Shown: in pieces, positions 60,641 to 64,000 of the stretch
Position numbering within the stretch: the first letter of the stretch is position 1
How the letters are laid out: every line of letters begins with the position of its first letter
From: Chara braunii
Lineage: Eukaryota > Plantae > Charophyceae
DNA: 64,000 nucleotides
NCBI GenBank assembly: GCA_003427395.1
Contig: BFEA01000020.1
Span: 5,482,410-5,546,409 of the forward strand
Reading direction: 5' to 3'
Program-made: the position numbers and the translations under genes
Notes under the pieces: generated by a model
What the model was told of the DNA's origin: nothing
Database searches by the model: none
The model's input: the letters and a program-made list of their open reading frames with translations, nothing else

Positions 60641-62097
60641 GAGTATACACCCGCGGCCCTGATGTTTCCTTCTACGTAGGCAGCCACCACCGCTCTGCAC
60701 CGCGCCTGCACTCGGCAGAGCCCGCTCCCTCTTCACCGCATGCGCCTATCTCAGGAACCCATCCGGGTTCATTCGGACCCCCTTCCCTATTCCCTGGGTC
60801 TCCGACCAGCGTGGCTTCCCCACTGCGGCCGACGGCACAGCCCCCGGCCTACAGTGCCTGCTACTAACGTAGCCCCCTACAATGCGCGCCTCCTTGAAGA
60901 TGCTAGAGCGCCCTGGCTTCCTCCGTGTTACGTGTGTCGTTCTTGCGCGGGGGTCATGTCAGTCTCCTCTGAGTCATTCCAATTTTTAACGGATGTCCCA
61001 AAGGACTCAGCCTGGACCGTGGGGACGACTGGCCCCACGCAATCCAGGATATTTGGTTTTGCTCACCGTTCCTTCATCTGGATACGAACGCCGGCCTGTA
61101 CTCCAACAGTTCATGGGTGTACGTACTGAGTTGGGCCTTCGAGTGCCAGCCATATCCACGGCACCGTGATACAGCCCCGGAAACAGCTGGCCTTGCACTG
61201 CAGGCAATCCCGTGGCTGCAAACATACCCCCTGCGCGCTTCGAGCCCACCTATGGGCGTGGGATAAAATAATAACAGTATTAAAACTTCGAAACAAATAT
61301 ATATATATCGTCAAATAGACATATAAGAACCGCAAGCACTCGGTAACCAGGCGAAGGCTGCGGCCCCCGTGTCAGCAAAAGGCAAGGGGGATAGCCCTAC
61401 CAGCCCATCAACCCCTCAAGCCTTTCCGCAGTGCTCCTCCGCTCCCTCATCGTACGACGTTGGCCTCGATCCCTGCGTCTGCTTCATACCAGTCTGGAGC
61501 TGTAACCTATAGGGTTAAGCCCAAGCCTAGGACCAGTAGACCTGACACGCCTTATAAAGAGGTAGCGCGCGGCCCTTGGGGCCAAGGAAACGCCCTATAC
61601 CACTTCCCGGCCCACACTTTGCACAAGGGACCACCCAAACTCACGTCGTCCTACCCTGTACTCCCCCACATGCCCACAAAAAGCCGTGCCAACCTTCCGA
61701 CCGTGCCGAGGCCACCCTTACCCAGCCGAATCCGTCAGGTTCCATCATCTGGATTTCCGCCTAAGTCCATACCGGCTCACTAACCCGTCCATCGTACCAC
61801 GCGGAACCAAATGAACAAGGTACTCATAGGCTAAACAGTTCAATCAAAACAAAAATGACATATGCTGACCAAAAATCCACGCCACGTCTACCAGTGTAAC
61901 CAAAGGAAGGGAAAATCACCCGCGCCTCAAGCTTGCGCGCCCACGCACTCTTTTACTCTCGTTAACCATCTAGTCAACATAAATTACGGACGCGGCCGCG
62001 CCTAGCGCGCGCGGCATACTTAAATTTTAAACCAGACTGTTTTTTGTTGTTTGCAAAGACCAGGGCGGATACCCTTGTAAGGGTATTCGCACCGACA

Positions 62098-63618
62098 TCG
62101 CAATCTGGCTTCCCCCCACATCGAGGTTAAAACCCCTATCAGTCGTGGTTGACAAATCTCAGGGGAGGTGGGTATATCTCAAAGCCAGTATGGGGGACGA
62201 AGTAGGCCTAGCCTGCATCTATGCCCCGAACTCAACAGCAGAAAGAGCAAACTTCTTTCTAGATCTTATGCGCAATATTCCCACTGACGTCCCCCTCATA
62301 CTGGCGGGGTACTTCAGAAGGAGTCCTTCCCAGACTGATAGCCAGGCACAAACCCAACCTCATTTCGGGCTGGATGCCCTCGTCTTCAACCAAGTGATGG
62401 CTGAATTCCAACTGCTGGACTCACTCCACCCGAGCAAGCAAAGTTTCTTCTGCACAAGATCAAGGGGGGACGAAGGTCTCTCTAATTCTAGGATCGACCT
62501 CATTCTAATCTCCAAGGACCTCGTCGGACCGCTTCGGGTGGCGGCGATTTTTCCCGTCTCCCCATGTCGGTCCTTTGACCACAAGATGACCGCCATAGGC
62601 CTGAACCTACACCCAGCCTTCCCGAGAGGACCGAGCTTTTTTAAGTTCAACACCTCCCTGCTCAAACTGCCCTCCTTCCACAAGTGTGTCAAGGAATTTT
62701 GGGAATACTGGGTTACTAGGAAAACTGAATTTCATTCATTGGTGGACTGGTTCAATCAAGGAGTGGGACAGTTAAGAGAAAGAGTCAGAAAATTTTCAGT
62801 CAAAAGGGTCAGGGAAAGAAAAGCGATCCTTGAAGACCTCCTGCAAACTCTACAGCAATGGGACGATCAACTTTCCTCCCACCCGCTCGACAACCATGTC
62901 TATGCTCAATTACAACAAGCAAGAGACAGACTCCAAGAATACTTGGACGACCAGGCCGAAGCGTGGAGAGTCCAAGCAAAGATCAAGCGGATACACACTG
63001 AGGGCACAATGACCAAAGTTTTTTTTGCAAAGGCCAAGACCAAAGGCAGGCAAGCGACCATTAATTCCCTCACCCACCCTCTTGACAAGAACCAGCCCCG
63101 AGCCACGAATCCTTACGCAGTCGTGGATTACGCTGCTAAATATTATCGGGATCTGTTTACTTCGAGAACGACCCGGAGAGGGGAGGAAGACCTCCACACC
63201 GCCAGACAGCAACTGTTAGATAACTTGCAAACCACACTCTCTCAGGCCCAGAAGGAAGGGATGGACGCTCCCCTGACCTCCTTTGAAATATTCACGGCCC
63301 TCCAACAGATGGAGGACGAGAAAACACCCGGCCTGGATTCGTTTCCTAAAGAAATTTGGATAGCGACATGGCCTTTGCTAGGCACCAACCTAATGGAGTA
63401 CATAAACGCAGTCCTCACAGAGGGTACGTTTGGAGGTCTTCTCAATCAAGGGGTCACTACATTGCTATACAAGAAAGGAGCAAAAGACGAAATCAGGAAC
63501 TACAGGCCGATAACGCTGTTGCCGGTGCCTTATAAAATGGTAGCAAAAACATTGACAAATCGAATGCTACCTAACATGAAACACCTCATACACCCAGATC
63601 AGTCCGGATTCATTCCGG
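62098..63618 (+). pseudogene. LINE ORF2 continuation (EN C-terminal half and RT N-terminus)
   Basis: GRWV, IYAPN, SRIDLIL, DHKM, GPSFFKFNTSLL, KTPGLD, NYRPITLL, HPDQSGFIP. Confidence 0.93.
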
Positions 63619-64000
63619 TGTCAGGCGGCCACAAGTAGTGCGCCGCCTGAAAACGGCAGTTTAGGGGTTTAGGCTCAGGGTTAAGTCCGCGTCTTGACAG
63701 TGCTTTGGGATGACCGGGCTGCAGGAATTTGAGAACTCAGGGTACCCCTGATTCTGGGCGCACTAGATTTTAAGAGTGACCCCCAAAGATAGCGAGATGG
63801 ATGGGTGTACTGAGCACAACTAGAGACCGTCATTTCCGGTCGCTCAGAGGACTGGGACCGTTTTGGCCTGCCGCGGAGAGGGATCGCGGAAACAGACCTC
63901 GCCGCGGCATTTTGACGGCATACAACCGGGGCCGAAATGAGGCCTCGGATTTTTGTCTATTATAATATCATAATTAAAAATAAAAGAAAAAGATTAAGAC
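63619..64000. mobile_element. Start of another TGTC-ended insertion running out of the window
   Basis: RT homology stops abruptly after GFIP at CCGG|TGTCAGGCGGCC. Terminal hairpin TCAGGCGGC..GCCGCCTGA. Confidence 0.65.

Larger units (their letters stand above)
54384..62097. mobile_element. 7.7-kb non-coding TGTCG...CGACA insertion with 4-bp TSD (Ginger-like non-autonomous element or composite solo LTR)
   Basis: TSD TCGC at 54380-54383 and 62098-62101. Precise interruption of the EN reading frame. No terminal direct repeats or recognisable ORF. Confidence 0.88.
47940..63618 (+). mobile_element. L1/Tx1-like LINE with a very long ORF1 region, interrupted at 54384-62097 and again at 63619
   Basis: ORF1 with CCHC knuckle. 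The EN domain reads continuously (SAGVA|IWLP) once the insertion and one TSD copy are removed. Confidence 0.9.

Noticed and set aside
55428-61125. 14-bp inverted repeat TATGTACACCCATG / CATGGGTGTACGTA as TIRs of a nested element
   Set aside because: It does not extend and has no convincing TSD. A match this short is expected by chance within several kb.
58540-61800. Many 60-140 aa ORFs within the 7.7-kb insertion as cargo genes or a transposase
   Set aside because: No DDE/integrase or other motif; consistent with GC-rich non-coding DNA.

Overview
Eukaryotic, gene-free, transposon-saturated region with several assembly gaps. A plant-type U6 fragment, a plastid trnG(UCC) group II intron fragment and a chromovirus point to a green plant or streptophyte alga; a Chara-like genome is my inference only. 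I found no host protein gene. Contents: a decayed Ty3/Gypsy chromovirus (3.2-10.8 kb) and a second LTR+PBS fragment; at least six degenerate L1/Tx1-like LINE copies, two of them near full length (~36.1-45.9 kb and 47.9-63.6 kb, the latter split by a 7.7-kb TG..CA insertion with a 4-bp TSD); three hAT-like MITEs (two with a full 8-bp TSD); a foldback MITE; a tRNA-derived SINE; a U6 retrocopy; a NUPT; an LSU rRNA fragment; and a Nextera mate-pair adapter artefact. The most interesting signals are structural. (1) A covariation-supported, modular RNA structure sits at LINE 3' ends (GGGAC hairpin, putative pseudoknot, then a variable stem with a CTCNTAY heptaloop, then poly-A). It is seen in ~12 copies and stacked head-to-tail at 45.8-47.2 kb. 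(2) An array of 11-12 hairpins at 56.9-57.9 kb has an invariant AACTTA loop on covarying stems. (3) A U6 retrocopy has an oligo-T tail, a TSD and an in-window empty site. (4) TGTC-ended elements (4-bp TSD seen for two) all sit at NCGN targets, one reduced to 42 bp. (5) A giant LINE ORF1 runs in frame into the endonuclease through a Nudix-like segment.
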